DNA of 64,000 bases from an uncultured virus (IMG/VR IMGVR_UViG_3300035698_018388) (IMGVR_UViG_3300035698_018388); one strand, 5' to 3'. Numbered from the stretch's first letter, positions 29,001-39,583 are shown. Translations and numbers: made by a program. Notes: generated by a model from the letters alone, not told the origin.

Positions 29001-31937
29001 TTATTTAACCCCTTTTGGAACATTTTTTAGCCACCATCTATTTTTTAAATCCAAATCAGGGAACCCCAAATTTACTTTTCTTACCTTCTCTTTTTTTATC
29101 TTTCCCACAATATCCTTTTTCAAAAGACTGATCTTGCCCGTTTTAGAACCAACAATATATTCAAATTCTTCTTTCCCGCCGAAGACAAAATCAGAAGTAC
29201 GAATATATGGAGATGTATGATGACTGAATAAAATTTCGTCAATGCCAAATTCTTTTTTTATCACAACTCCATTTCTACCAGCAAATTTCTTCGCTATTGA
29301 TTCTTCAGATGTCCAACTTGACGCTGGTTTTACTCCAACTTCAACTTCGCCAAATTTTCCGATACCTTTCTTAATATCTTTTGCATAATCTCCAGTTACA
29401 CCACGATATAAAACAATCTTCTTTTTCGGATATCTCTTCTTCAAATCTAACAATGTTCTTTTAACTTCAGAACCAAATTGATTAACCGCATCTTGTCCAT
29501 TCTTTATTGCTGCTGCAGACATTGATGAAATATCTTCAAATTTATAAGTAAACAAATTCTTCTTATGATTCTTATATGCAGAAAGATTTTTCAAAAACTT
29601 TGCATATACTTTATCTTTTTTTGCCAATTTTACTAATTCTTTATATGATGCCTCACTTCTTTTTACCGTCGAACTAAAAGAGACTCCTGTTAATTTAGAC
29701 CGCTTCAAATATGCATCTGCATGGGCAGAAATAATTTCTGCCCCTTCTCTTTCTGTTAATGGTGATTTATACATATGCAAATTACTTGTAATTATATCTT
29801 GCCCTTTTACTTCTTTGAACTTTGCAAAATTGCCACCTTTCATTTCTTTAACAAGAAGTTTATACTCTTCATCAACAATGTCTGATATTTCTTTAATTTT
29901 ATATGCATCTTTTCCAAGCCATTCCTTTGGACCGATAACAACCTTTCCATCGAATTGAACCATATTGCCAGTAGACTTTCTCATGAATCCAGTACCACGA
30001 CAAATATAAATAATATCATCGTCTACCTTTACAAAATAACTACTACTTTCCAAAGAATTTCTTGAAATATCAAATTTATCAGTAATATCTAATATAACTC
30101 TTTTAATTGGCCCTTTTACCTTTGCAACGACCCTCTTCGGAACGCCTCCAATATAATCAAAGGTCAAAGGATCTATATAAGAATCCAACGCCATTTTAGG
30201 AGTATTCCTTAAAAAACCACTTACCTTTTTAGAAACATTTTTAATTATTTTCGCCTTCTCTTTATCATTTAATTTAACCAATCCATATTTCTTTAACTCC
30301 TGAAATGCAATCCTTGTCCCATGATATGTTCTAAAGTCCTTTACGGTATATGCTTTGTTCCCTGCAATCTGGCTCAAATAACTATTTAATTGATTCGCTG
30401 AAACATCAGGGAAAAGTTGTTCTCCTATTTTACTTGCCTTCTTTCTTTCCCTTAGAAACTTTGCCAGCACCTTATCTTGTATTTCATAATGAGCCTGTAT
30501 TCCTTCCTTCGCAGGAAAGTCAAATATAATTCGTTCACCCTTTATTATAACATGCTCATGTTGTAAAGTAGTTAATCCATATGCTTTTACTTTTGCCCTA
30601 TAATCTGTTGTACTCCCATTTCTTATTGCCGTTCTTTGTTCAATATCAAGAAGGAAACCTCTTGGGTCTGCTTCTTCTATTCCCTTTCTAATTCCTTTGC
30701 GAATCTTCGGCATATCTTTACTGAATACTTTTATACGATCAAAATTTTCTCGCTTCCTTAATATTTCAGGACCGGGATTTAATTTATACTGCCAACGTTC
30801 TGCTGCATCCTGCCCAATTGCAACATACTTCTTAGGATCTTTTGCAATCACAACATTTTTCCAAGAAGGAGGAATCGCTAATTTTTTAATTCTTTCAAGA
30901 TCAGCTTCACCAACAACTTCTTCACCTTGATAATAAAACTTTCCTCCCTTTCTTACAATATCTTTACATGGATCAATTCCACCCCTTGCCTTTCTCATGT
31001 CATAAATAAAAACGCCTTTTCTTTTTGCCGCTGAAGTCAAACACTTCTGAAGACCACCAATAGATGACATCGGCGCTCCATCAGCAAAATCTTTATTCCC
31101 CTGATACGGTTTAATATAATCATCTGTACTTTTTCTCGTATGATATAGGACAACGCAGCGGCAGTTTATAATATTTCCCGGACTCCCACTTGGATCACCC
31201 GGAAGTTTTAAGGCTTGACCGGTCATTACAAAATGACCATTCAACAAAGCCCTCTCTTTATTCGGCCCAAGTGGGAAGTCAAGGAAATGTTCATACTTTG
31301 CTCCTCTTATTCTTGATCGTGTTCTATTGTCTCTTGAAGAAACCCATTCCTTTTCTAAATCAAGTCTGGTGCTTTCCATACTGGCATCGGTACTCTTAAC
31401 GGCAGCGGTATGCGTTTCTGTTCTCGCAATTGTCATCGCTCTTTTTGGATTGGTTATTATTCCTGTCTTCCTTATTCGTTTTGCAATTTTAGTATTACTC
31501 TCTCCTTTTGCAACACCAACTTTTATTACCTTTGCGATATTATTCTTCGCTGTCTTTTGTAAACCCGATATTTTTTTAGCAGCTTGCGTATCCATCCAAC
31601 CGTTCATTTCCTTCCAATACTCATCTTTAGCCGACTTCACTTCCGGTATAAAAATATCTTTTGATTCTGCTAAAATGGCCTCAGCCTTGTCTCCAAATAT
31701 AACAGCCACCCTTTTATAATGATTTTTTAGAACGGCCTCAAGGCGACGTCTGTGGCGGTCTACTGCCACATCTATTCCGTCTCGCATACCCTGTTTAACA
31801 AAGGATGCAACATCGAAGTATTGCCGATTCAAAACCGGCCTTATCTCCTTTGCATTTATATTTTCAAGAGTAATCATCATCCGTGTAACCTCTATTCGAT
31901 AACGGTCTCTTGCTTTTGGATTTGTAATATTAATCAT
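29001..31937 (-). CDS. MuF/SPP1 gp7 minor head protein fused to type IB topoisomerase and ADP-ribosyltransferase-like domains
   Basis: RA.TIARTE, K.W....D.RTR, PGDP...IINCRC (MuF); IPPSW, GLTTL, KDFRT, NTP...SYIDP (Topo IB); LYRG...SSWT...EEFE (ART). Confidence 0.85.
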   Translation of the reverse strand: MINITNPKARDRYRIEVTRMMITLENINAKEIRPVLNRQYFDVASFVKQGMRDGIDVAVDRHRRRLEAVLKNHYKRVAVIFGDKAEAILAESKDIFIPEVKSAKDEYWKEMNGWMDTQAAKKISGLQKTAKNNIAKVIKVGVAKGESNTKIAKRIRKTGIITNPKRAMTIARTETHTAAVKSTDASMESTRLDLEKEWVSSRDNRTRSRIRGAKYEHFLDFPLGPNKERALLNGHFVMTGQALKLPGDPSGSPGNIINCRCVVLYHTRKSTDDYIKPYQGNKDFADGAPMSSIGGLQKCLTSAAKRKGVFIYDMRKARGGIDPCKDIVRKGGKFYYQGEEVVGEADLERIKKLAIPPSWKNVVIAKDPKKYVAIGQDAAERWQYKLNPGPEILRKRENFDRIKVFSKDMPKIRKGIRKGIEEADPRGFLLDIEQRTAIRNGSTTDYRAKVKAYGLTTLQHEHVIIKGERIIFDFPAKEGIQAHYEIQDKVLAKFLRERKKASKIGEQLFPDVSANQLNSYLSQIAGNKAYTVKDFRTYHGTRIAFQELKKYGLVKLNDKEKAKIIKNVSKKVSGFLRNTPKMALDSYIDPLTFDYIGGVPKRVVAKVKGPIKRVILDITDKFDISRNSLESSSYFVKVDDDIIYICRGTGFMRKSTGNMVQFDGKVVIGPKEWLGKDAYKIKEISDIVDEEYKLLVKEMKGGNFAKFKEVKGQDIITSNLHMYKSPLTEREGAEIISAHADAYLKRSKLTGVSFSSTVKRSEASYKELVKLAKKDKVYAKFLKNLSAYKNHKKNLFTYKFEDISSMSAAAIKNGQDAVNQFGSEVKRTLLDLKKRYPKKKIVLYRGVTGDYAKDIKKGIGKFGEVEVGVKPASSWTSEESIAKKFAGRNGVVIKKEFGIDEILFSHHTSPYIRTSDFVFGGKEEFEYIVGSKTGKISLLKKDIVGKIKKEKVRKVNLGFPDLDLKNRWWLKNVPKGVK

Positions 31938-31940
31938 TTT

Positions 31941-32474
31941 TTATACAACCATGTATAAACATAAACCTTGAAGTAATCCGTAAATAAGTTCGCCGGTTTC
32001 CCACCTACGATCAAGAAGTTTAATTTTAAATACTGGTATTCGTTTTGCAAATTCAAATGATAACGGAAATCCAACGCTACAAATCAATATTGAAACCAGA
32101 GCAAATATTGAAATCTTAAAACACAAGATTACTGGTAGCCACCAAAACAGACCAATTAGAGCAAGTGAAAAATAAGAGTACCTTAAATAATTTGTTGGAA
32201 ATATTCTCAAAGCAATCTCACTTGCAAACACTTCTCTTATTCCTTCAATTGGTTTTGGACTAATCACCTGATTTAAAATATATCCAATCCACCAGCCCCA
32301 ACCACAAGATTGACCAAGAAAATAAAATCCCGCTGCAAGTAATCCAATTATCCAAGAAGGCCAAAGCAAATAAAACAAGATCGCCATTATTCCTACTTTG
32401 CCGATCCATGTAAAACCATTTGCTCCCCTCAACCGATTAAGAATTGCGAATAATGGAATTAATAAAATATTCAT
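31941..32474 (-). CDS. membrane protein
   Basis: Multiple hydrophobic segments, NRLRG and WE.GEL.YG. Confidence 0.65.
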   Translation of the reverse strand: MNILLIPLFAILNRLRGANGFTWIGKVGIMAILFYLLWPSWIIGLLAAGFYFLGQSCGWGWWIGYILNQVISPKPIEGIREVFASEIALRIFPTNYLRYSYFSLALIGLFWWLPVILCFKISIFALVSILICSVGFPLSFEFAKRIPVFKIKLLDRRWETGELIYGLLQGLCLYMVV

Positions 32475-32476
32475 AA

Positions 32477-33967
32477 TTACTCCTGTCCCGGTCCGGGTCT
32501 TCCTTCACGTCTCATTTTGCCCCCACACTTCGGGCATTTAAAAGTGTTACAATGAACTTTAGAAGTCTTCTTATATCCGCAGCTAACACACTCGCATTTA
32601 TAACTTGCCTTTTCATCAGAGTATCCAAGCATATCATTTATTTCATCTTCTGAATAACCCTCTTCTCTTAACTTTTCTTTTTCATCTTCATCTTCTTCAT
32701 CTTCTATTTCTCCTTCGTCAACATCTTCTTCAATTTCCATATTGACATTTGCCAAAGGAACAAGACCAGCAGCAACGAGAATAACATCTCCATCATCATC
32801 CGGTTCATAACCAACCATTTTTCGTTTTTCGTTTTGAGTCAAAAAATTACTTTCTTGTGCTCTCTTCCAAATCTTATCTCTCTTGATTGCAAACGCCGGA
32901 ACGTCATCTAAAATATAATCTATAAATAAAGAACTTCCCTGCTGATACAACCAATTATTTAATTCCTCACGAATATAATTCAAATAAAAGAATACAGTAT
33001 TCTCCCAGAAGAACAATCTTGCCTCTGCTCTATTTGCATATGTTGCATCCTGAATACCAAGAAGTTCAGGAGGAACACCATAGGCAGTACATATTTTTCT
33101 CGAAAGTCTTAAATCACCTTCGTTAAAATCAAGATCTTTAGGAGACCATCCATACGGTTCTGCTTTCGTTCCTGTATCACCAGCAATAATTAAATTCTTC
33201 CCTGCATTTTGTGGCCCTGTTCTACTATCAAGATGTCTTTCTAATTCATCAAGTTGCGCTTCTCCGGCACCAATTAAAGTAAAGATCATCCCCGGACGGC
33301 CCTCATTATCCAGAATACTCTTATTCCATTGTGTCGCGGAATTACTTGTATCAATTTCTCTTGCCGCTGGTTGCGTTGCTGCGGCTCCCCACCAATCGTC
33401 TAACGGATGAAACCCTTTAAGATGAAGAACATTTGCTTGACCCGTAATTTTATTGACATCAAAATCCGCATGTCTATTCGAGACGGAGTAAATGTATTTT
33501 ACAATTTGTCCAGTATCTGGATTTATTTTTATTTTAAAACGATCCGGTCTTAAAACATATAACTCCTTCGGTGTTCCTTTATTCGGGCCTGTAATTGGAG
33601 CAACCTTTTCAAAAAACGAATTGCCAGACATCGCCAAATAAGCAGAAGCACGGAGTAATAAATATGGAAGACCGTCATTTGGATTTGGTCTTTCAAGTAA
33701 ATCAGGAATTGTCCCCTCCTCACTTATTTCCCTTTCATCATCCGAAAGTTTTCTGAATTGCTTCCAAGGAACAGAAGCAACACTTTTGCCTATTTCATCA
33801 ATAGATTTGAAGGCAATAACATTTTTCAGATACGTTTCTTTGGCAAAATTTGTGTAGTCAACAGGACTGAAAACAGCACCACCAGAACCCGGAGTCGCTA
33901 TCACCTTTGCCACTGCACTTTGTTTTTTACCAAATACAAACTGTTTAAAAGAATTCCATCGGCCCAT
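32477..33967 (-). CDS. portal protein, HK97 family
   Basis: LL.RPNP, EL..LRPDR, F.PLDD..G, YGVPP.LLG...ATYAN..EAR..FW motifs. Confidence 0.95.
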   Translation of the reverse strand: MGRWNSFKQFVFGKKQSAVAKVIATPGSGGAVFSPVDYTNFAKETYLKNVIAFKSIDEIGKSVASVPWKQFRKLSDDEREISEEGTIPDLLERPNPNDGLPYLLLRASAYLAMSGNSFFEKVAPITGPNKGTPKELYVLRPDRFKIKINPDTGQIVKYIYSVSNRHADFDVNKITGQANVLHLKGFHPLDDWWGAAATQPAAREIDTSNSATQWNKSILDNEGRPGMIFTLIGAGEAQLDELERHLDSRTGPQNAGKNLIIAGDTGTKAEPYGWSPKDLDFNEGDLRLSRKICTAYGVPPELLGIQDATYANRAEARLFFWENTVFFYLNYIREELNNWLYQQGSSLFIDYILDDVPAFAIKRDKIWKRAQESNFLTQNEKRKMVGYEPDDDGDVILVAAGLVPLANVNMEIEEDVDEGEIEDEEDEDEKEKLREEGYSEDEINDMLGYSDEKASYKCECVSCGYKKTSKVHCNTFKCPKCGGKMRREGRPGPGQE

Positions 33968-33978
33968 AATGTCTCCTG

Positions 33979-34128
33979 TTATCGTCCACCTTCTTCCATT
34001 GAATCAAAACCGTCGTCAACAAAAAAGTCATCTAATTCTTTACACCTTGGGCAAACAAAACACTCATCTTCATCAGAAGTAAACTCATTTCCACACTCCT
34101 CACAAATTATTGTTTCCCGAACAGTCAT
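33979..34128 (-). CDS. small zinc-ribbon protein
   Basis: 49 aa MTVRETIICEECGNEF...CPRC...; TAATG coupling to upstream gene. Confidence 0.55.
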   Translation of the reverse strand: MTVRETIICEECGNEFTSDEDECFVCPRCKELDDFFVDDGFDSMEEGGR

Positions 34129-34583
34129 TAGCGATTCATCGGTTTTACAATTAAAATTCCGCTCTTACTTCTATCCCAATTCCTTGTATCAAAATGAAAC
34201 CATGTTTTTGCGATTGCTCCGTCTTCAATACAAGTAATATGTTTAAACGTTGGTCTCCTTGGATTCTTTTCTAAATCTTCTCTTACTTCATCTGCTGAAA
34301 GTTGTTCAAACCACGGATCTGCCGCAGTTCCCCTTCGATGTTGAGAAAGTTTTGCTCCTTCAGGATCTTCAGGAGAACGATAACCACGGCTGTCGTCTTG
34401 TCCTCCCCATTGCCAGTTATTCATATTCGTCTTGCCATATCTTTCACGAAGACGATCAAGAGTAATCAGCATTGCCGCATCAAAAATAAACCAAAGGTTA
34501 TTGCCATACTTCGCAATATTATCTTCATAAACAGCTTTTGAAAGAAGTTCTTGAAGACCAAAATGTTTGCATTTATAAATCAT
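34128..34583 (-). CDS. endolysin, peptidase M15 family
   Basis: RGYR, SQH..G.A.D, W.H.D.R zinc peptidase motifs. Confidence 0.85.
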   Translation of the reverse strand: MIYKCKHFGLQELLSKAVYEDNIAKYGNNLWFIFDAAMLITLDRLRERYGKTNMNNWQWGGQDDSRGYRSPEDPEGAKLSQHRRGTAADPWFEQLSADEVREDLEKNPRRPTFKHITCIEDGAIAKTWFHFDTRNWDRSKSGILIVKPMNR

Positions 34584-35065
34584 TTTACTTCACCCTCTAT
34601 TTTTTCAGTTGGTTTACTCTTAATCCCTTCTCTAACGGCTTCCTTTATTGCTTTTAATAACGCAGCCGGTTTTATTTGATGATTTAAAATCGACTGTTGA
34701 TTATCGACAACTTCGATTTGTGTCTCTCTAATTTGACTTATTGTTTCTGACATCTGACACATTCTTTTATCAAGTGCTTCTATTTCTTTATTCTCTTTTA
34801 CAATCGCAGTTGTATTATTTGCTCTTAATTCTTTTTCCTGAGCAAATGATCCCATTGCAAAAACAATAAAGATAGCAAGGATAGAGCAGACCGCAACGAG
34901 AGTACTAAAGAAGCCAATCTTAGACATCTTCGTCTTCTGCATTTTCGACACGCATCCAAAGACGCCACTAAATCCATCTTCACCAACAATAAGAACCTTA
35001 TTTGTATGAATATCTTTTTTCACCGGAGCAAATTTGTCGTCGCATTGTTTTGGAGTACAAACCAT
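34580..35065 (-). CDS. single-TM coiled-coil protein (possible lysis accessory)
   Basis: One TM segment then coiled coil; adjacent to endolysin. Confidence 0.5.
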   Translation of the reverse strand: MVCTPKQCDDKFAPVKKDIHTNKVLIVGEDGFSGVFGCVSKMQKTKMSKIGFFSTLVAVCSILAIFIVFAMGSFAQEKELRANNTTAIVKENKEIEALDKRMCQMSETISQIRETQIEVVDNQQSILNHQIKPAALLKAIKEAVREGIKSKPTEKIEGEVK

Positions 35066-35066
35066 T

Positions 35067-35483
35067 TTATTTCTCCTCAGACCATTTGTCAGGATTCATT
35101 ATCTTGAAATCAAGTTCTCCCCGATCAGACATATACTGCAATAAATGGTTCAACTCATGGCCCAAGGCCCATTGATTAAAGATATGTTCATGTGTATTTT
35201 TAAAACGAGAAGATAAAATCCACAATTCAGATTCATTGGTATTTGGATCATTATCTCTCCATGCCAAGCCAACGCAATTTGGCATTTCCTGTTGATGCTT
35301 TATAAAATAATATCCTCTCATTTCTTTTTCGCTACAGAAAGCATATAACTTAAATTTGACTTCTACTCCCTCGAAGATCCAGTCACTACTCTCCTGCCCC
35401 TTTGTAACGGCATTCCACCAAGAGTTTATACCCTTTATCATTTCACGAAAGTGATCACCAAAACTCCAAGAAAAGAAGCCCAT
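35067..35483 (-). CDS. hypothetical protein with HExxH motif
   Basis: LGHELNH; AAGGAG RBS before ATG 35483. Confidence 0.5.
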   Translation of the reverse strand: MGFFSWSFGDHFREMIKGINSWWNAVTKGQESSDWIFEGVEVKFKLYAFCSEKEMRGYYFIKHQQEMPNCVGLAWRDNDPNTNESELWILSSRFKNTHEHIFNQWALGHELNHLLQYMSDRGELDFKIMNPDKWSEEK

Positions 35484-35496
35484 TATTTTTCTCCTT

Positions 35497-36591
35497 TTAT
35501 CTATATTCCACAAAGCCATTCAGTGATATTCTAAAAAATAACAAAAGGCTAAAATCATCCTCAATCGTAAATGTTATTTTGTCTAAGTCTTCTGACTTCA
35601 ACACGAGAGGCACATTATACTCCTGATGAATACTTATCATTGTATTTGATTTGTCCGACATTGCATCAACCAATTTCGATTGCGGAAAACTTAACAGGTC
35701 AAGCAAACTGGTTATTCTTTCTTCATCTTCTGGATCATCTTTTCCTTCAGCATATCGTTTATAAATATAACCAGCCGTAGGACTCATTCCTAAAATCTGG
35801 TCAAACGATAAGTTCGGCAAAGTTGCATCCGCATCAATTGTAATCAGTGCATCGGCGAAGATTGTTTTGAATGCATTTACATGAAGCCATGTACCCTTAT
35901 CAGGTTCAACCGTGTAGATAATAGGAACACCGGATGTCTGCAAATACATATTGTCGATATAAAACTTCGGACTCTTGCCTCCTTCTCTTGCCGCATTTTC
36001 TATTCTAAATGCATCGACAAGACTTGCTTCTATTCCCAAATCTGTTAATGGAATATTAACATATTGATAAATATCATAAGTATCATAATCAAAATAATCT
36101 TCTAATGCGACCGAATTTCCAACAAGTACTCCGCCTACATATGCATAAAGAGTAATTGAATCTCCGGCAAGCCAATCTTTATCAACATTAATCCACATCG
36201 TAAGAGCAATATAACCACCCATATCAACATCGGTGCCGGGGCCGACATTGTTTATCAATTGCATTATATCTCCGATAGCAGGATTGTCACACTTTAATGA
36301 CTTCGTTCCGGCATACGGTCTATCTGTTGAATTGTCGTCCCACTTCCCTCCAACTTCATTACTCATTGTCCATGCTACATTATCTGTCCCATTATGGAGT
36401 AAAAGTTCTCCAGCCCCAAATGCTGCGTCCTGCGCCATTTCCCTTCCATAAGTTTCATTGGTAAAGAATTTAGTCACAGGATAAAACGTTTTATGTGGGC
36501 GTGTTGCAACTACCAATCCGGTATCCTCTCCAAGATCGGTATTTACTTCGACTGGTTTCCCGCTTTTATTTGATAATATAAATTTCCACAT
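35497..36591 (-). CDS. putative structural protein with carbohydrate-binding-like domain
   Basis: G.KSL, Y...NIPL.DLG, FYIDN.Y pattern of galactose-binding-like folds. Confidence 0.5.
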   Translation of the reverse strand: MWKFILSNKSGKPVEVNTDLGEDTGLVVATRPHKTFYPVTKFFTNETYGREMAQDAAFGAGELLLHNGTDNVAWTMSNEVGGKWDDNSTDRPYAGTKSLKCDNPAIGDIMQLINNVGPGTDVDMGGYIALTMWINVDKDWLAGDSITLYAYVGGVLVGNSVALEDYFDYDTYDIYQYVNIPLTDLGIEASLVDAFRIENAAREGGKSPKFYIDNMYLQTSGVPIIYTVEPDKGTWLHVNAFKTIFADALITIDADATLPNLSFDQILGMSPTAGYIYKRYAEGKDDPEDEERITSLLDLLSFPQSKLVDAMSDKSNTMISIHQEYNVPLVLKSEDLDKITFTIEDDFSLLLFFRISLNGFVEYR

Positions 36592-36600
36592 AATTAGATC

Positions 36601-37161
36601 CTACGAATGATAATAAAAAACTACTGTTCCCCTGATATTTGTATCTCCTCCAACACACCACAAACTGAAAATTTGATTTTGTGGCAGGATAACATCCATC
36701 TCAAAATTATGCCATTTTTTATCAGCAAGCGCAGTTATCCAAAGTCGATCAATTTCTCTTCCGGTTCCGTCCATACCTGTTATGTCAACAGCCCCATCAC
36801 CCGTATTACTCCAACAATCTACGTCCGCTGGATTGGCACTTCCAGAATTACAGTTTGCCGGCGTTTGAATGGCTCCGGCAGTTAGCACTGCCGTACCAGT
36901 ATTTGCGATCTTAACAATGATTTCCTCGGCAGCAGAAGACATATAAGAAAACCCTTCTATCATCATTACTTGAATATCTTTATTTTTTAAATAGAAAAAA
37001 CAATCTCCAGCCGCATCAGGATCAACAGCAAACGGCACCTGAAATGCTTTTTTCGTAACGTGATTGGCATAATGTTCGGCTGAATGTGTAATTGCTTCTG
37101 TTTCTAAATGGCCTTGTGCATTTACATTTGCAGGCTTGCCGTCTGGTCCATAAATAATCAT
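36601..37161 (-). CDS. hypothetical (putative structural) protein
   Basis: 186 aa ORF with AAGGAG RBS. Confidence 0.55.
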   Translation of the reverse strand: MIIYGPDGKPANVNAQGHLETEAITHSAEHYANHVTKKAFQVPFAVDPDAAGDCFFYLKNKDIQVMMIEGFSYMSSAAEEIIVKIANTGTAVLTAGAIQTPANCNSGSANPADVDCWSNTGDGAVDITGMDGTGREIDRLWITALADKKWHNFEMDVILPQNQIFSLWCVGGDTNIRGTVVFYYHS

Positions 37162-37173
37162 TTTAAATTCTCC

Positions 37174-37365
37174 TTATATTCCGTCGTCGTTAAGTTCATC
37201 ACCACTTCCAACCGACAAGTGATACTCTATTTTTTCTAACCTTATAAGTTGTTGTTCAAGCAAATCAATTATTTTTAATTCTCCAACGGTAGCCTCAGCT
37301 TCACTACCAAAGATAGCTGCCCATATTTCAGAAATATTCCTTCTCATTGCAATTGTATCAATCAT
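37174..37365 (-). CDS. hypothetical protein
   Basis: Short ORF; start adjusted to ATG after upstream stop. Confidence 0.5.
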   Translation of the reverse strand: MIDTIAMRRNISEIWAAIFGSEAEATVGELKIIDLLEQQLIRLEKIEYHLSVGSGDELNDDGI

Positions 37366-37367
37366 TA

Positions 37368-38072
37368 TTATACTCCGAAATAATCTCTTTCGTATCCAAA
37401 AAGAGTGCTCCATTCAGACGCAGATAAAGCACGATTCCAAAAACGAGGCCTCCATAATTTTCCATTATACCAATCCCAATCCTGCGAAAACCGGCAATTG
37501 CATAAATCGTTTGGACTTGTCTCTGGATCAAGAAGGCCTCCTGTAACCATATCAACAGCAGCACCGTTTCTATAATGTAATGCTTCTCCTCCGCCAGTTC
37601 TGCTGATACCCAAAAACAACCATTCTCCCGGTGTCCAGTGAACAGAGTAACATGCCGATCTTGTTGTTGCCCCTGCTGCATGAGAATGACGAAGTGTTAA
37701 ATAATTTATGCCTCCAGCGCCGAATAAATATATTTCCCATCCGCAAACATTTAACTCATATCTTCCCATTATAATTTGAGAAGACGTATCGTCAGTCCAA
37801 TTAATCCAACAACCAAAACTGTAGTCACCGCCCATGAAGTTAAGATCAACACAATCGGCAGCAGCTAATTTTAAATATTCATCACTAATTCCATCGAAGG
37901 TTAAAACGCTAAGACCACTTGCAAGAGTTTCCCATGTAGGAGTATTAATTAAATCAACATCCTGATGGTGCGGCTTTGCTACATCCCTTGTTACCGCTCC
38001 TCCGGCTTCATAAAATGGAAGGTCCATTAACAGGCCAGAAGCATTTTCAGGTATTTTATCATAGCTTATCAT
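37368..38072 (-). CDS. LamG-like jellyroll protein
   Basis: L.FDG...Y, S...WI, W......, YRNG, WNRALS..E motifs. Confidence 0.75.
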   Translation of the reverse strand: MISYDKIPENASGLLMDLPFYEAGGAVTRDVAKPHHQDVDLINTPTWETLASGLSVLTFDGISDEYLKLAAADCVDLNFMGGDYSFGCWINWTDDTSSQIIMGRYELNVCGWEIYLFGAGGINYLTLRHSHAAGATTRSACYSVHWTPGEWLFLGISRTGGGEALHYRNGAAVDMVTGGLLDPETSPNDLCNCRFSQDWDWYNGKLWRPRFWNRALSASEWSTLFGYERDYFGV

Positions 38073-38869
38073 ATCTTAAAAATACCTTCATAATCGTAAT
38101 CCTGATTTGTACCACCGGTCTTTTCAATCGTTACCTTTACTCCGTATCTGTTTTCTTCAAGATGGATATTTATTAATTCAGGATCTTGTACTCCGGCAAA
38201 TGTTTTTTCATCTAACAGAATAAAGTCACCACCAGTTTTTATTCTATAGTATTCTCTTATCACAACCGTCTCTGTCGCAGTTTGGTTTGTAAAGTCAATT
38301 TGAATAATCTTGGGATCGAAAACAGCAGGAGGAGCGTTGTTATAATAAAGATTCTGCTCCGTTCCATCTGTAGTTAATGTCGCTCCCGTTTCTGTCAATA
38401 CCAAAAACATAGATAAGAAGGAAAAAAGTGTAGCATAGACTTGTTTAATTATCGCAACAATAGAAGTTGTATTACTCGGTGCAGCAGCAACGTCTTCTTT
38501 ATTTCCAATTACGTTTGAAGGCAAAAGATTAGCTGCAGAATCAGGAGCCGAAATTAAAGCCATATCGGCAACAAGAATAACGTATGCAACTAATCCCGGA
38601 GTGGAAGTAAAAGGATTATCAGCATCAAGAGAAAATATACCCGTTACACCACCAGAGTAAGAAGCAATCTTCCGCATCTGATAGGCGCAGTCGCCCGTTA
38701 AAGGCATTAACAGCTTGCCATCCCAATAACCGGCATCCTTTAAATAAACGTCATCTGCAGGGGCCGTTGCCGAGTCTGTAGTAAAGATACCTGTAGCAAT
38801 AATATTATCTTCAAGAATACTCTTGTCAATATTAAATATATTGCCCGTTTTATTTCCAAAATTACTCAT
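38069..38869 (-). CDS. hypothetical (putative structural) protein
   Basis: ORF coupled to both neighbours. Confidence 0.55.
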   Translation of the reverse strand: MSNFGNKTGNIFNIDKSILEDNIIATGIFTTDSATAPADDVYLKDAGYWDGKLLMPLTGDCAYQMRKIASYSGGVTGIFSLDADNPFTSTPGLVAYVILVADMALISAPDSAANLLPSNVIGNKEDVAAAPSNTTSIVAIIKQVYATLFSFLSMFLVLTETGATLTTDGTEQNLYYNNAPPAVFDPKIIQIDFTNQTATETVVIREYYRIKTGGDFILLDEKTFAGVQDPELINIHLEENRYGVKVTIEKTGGTNQDYDYEGIFKI

Positions 38870-39276
38870 GCTGTTCCTAACCTTGCAATTGCTACACCTG
38901 ATTCATAATCGTCTTTTTTAATTCCTAAACGATACCAACAGACTTCTGGCTCACCCTTATCAGATATGTTTTCGCTACATGATTCTTCCCCATCAACCGC
39001 AACAATAGACCATGATTCAACATCATGCCAGAAGTCTCCGCCCATTTCCTCCCTGTTTTGCCTTTGGACTGTAATGACGGCAGAGCAATTAGACAAAGGC
39101 CCGGAAAGAGGAGAACTAAGAACCGCTTCAGATAACATATCAGAGACAATCGAGCCGACAACAATACCAACATTTACTCTTTGATATGCCTGAACAAGAA
39201 TTGTACTTGTGTAGACATTATCAGAAAGCAGAAGAACGGTTGCTGCCTTTCTATCTATGGTTCTAAAGAAGGTCAT
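38866..39276 (-). CDS. hypothetical protein
   Basis: VQR......W.DV...E...WYRLG.K...Y.SG pattern. Confidence 0.55.
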   Translation of the reverse strand: MTFFRTIDRKAATVLLLSDNVYTSTILVQAYQRVNVGIVVGSIVSDMLSEAVLSSPLSGPLSNCSAVITVQRQNREEMGGDFWHDVESWSIVAVDGEESCSENISDKGEPEVCWYRLGIKKDDYESGVAIARLGTA

Positions 39277-39278
39277 TT

Positions 39279-39557
39279 CTATTCCCCAACAGGCTCAACA
39301 TAATCAGGGTCATCAATCTGGCGCAAGAAGGTCGAATACGTTTTGATCTTATCCAGCAGAGCATTGTTCTTCGTATGAAGATCTGTCAATGCGGATATAA
39401 TGGCTGCGTCCATTCCGCAATTGGTAGCATTCAACAAATGCCCTTTAAGAATTTCACAGACCGGCTCCACTTTATTCATTAATTGCTGAAGTGCTTTGAG
39501 ATACATATACTGGTCATGCCCTGTTTTGTACTCTACGATTGTATCAATTATAGCCAT
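39279..39557 (-). CDS. hypothetical protein
   Basis: ORF with AGGAGG RBS. Confidence 0.6.
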   Translation of the reverse strand: MAIIDTIVEYKTGHDQYMYLKALQQLMNKVEPVCEILKGHLLNATNCGMDAAIISALTDLHTKNNALLDKIKTYSTFLRQIDDPDYVEPVGE

Positions 39558-39583
39558 TTGTAAATCCTCCTAATTTAAAATTG

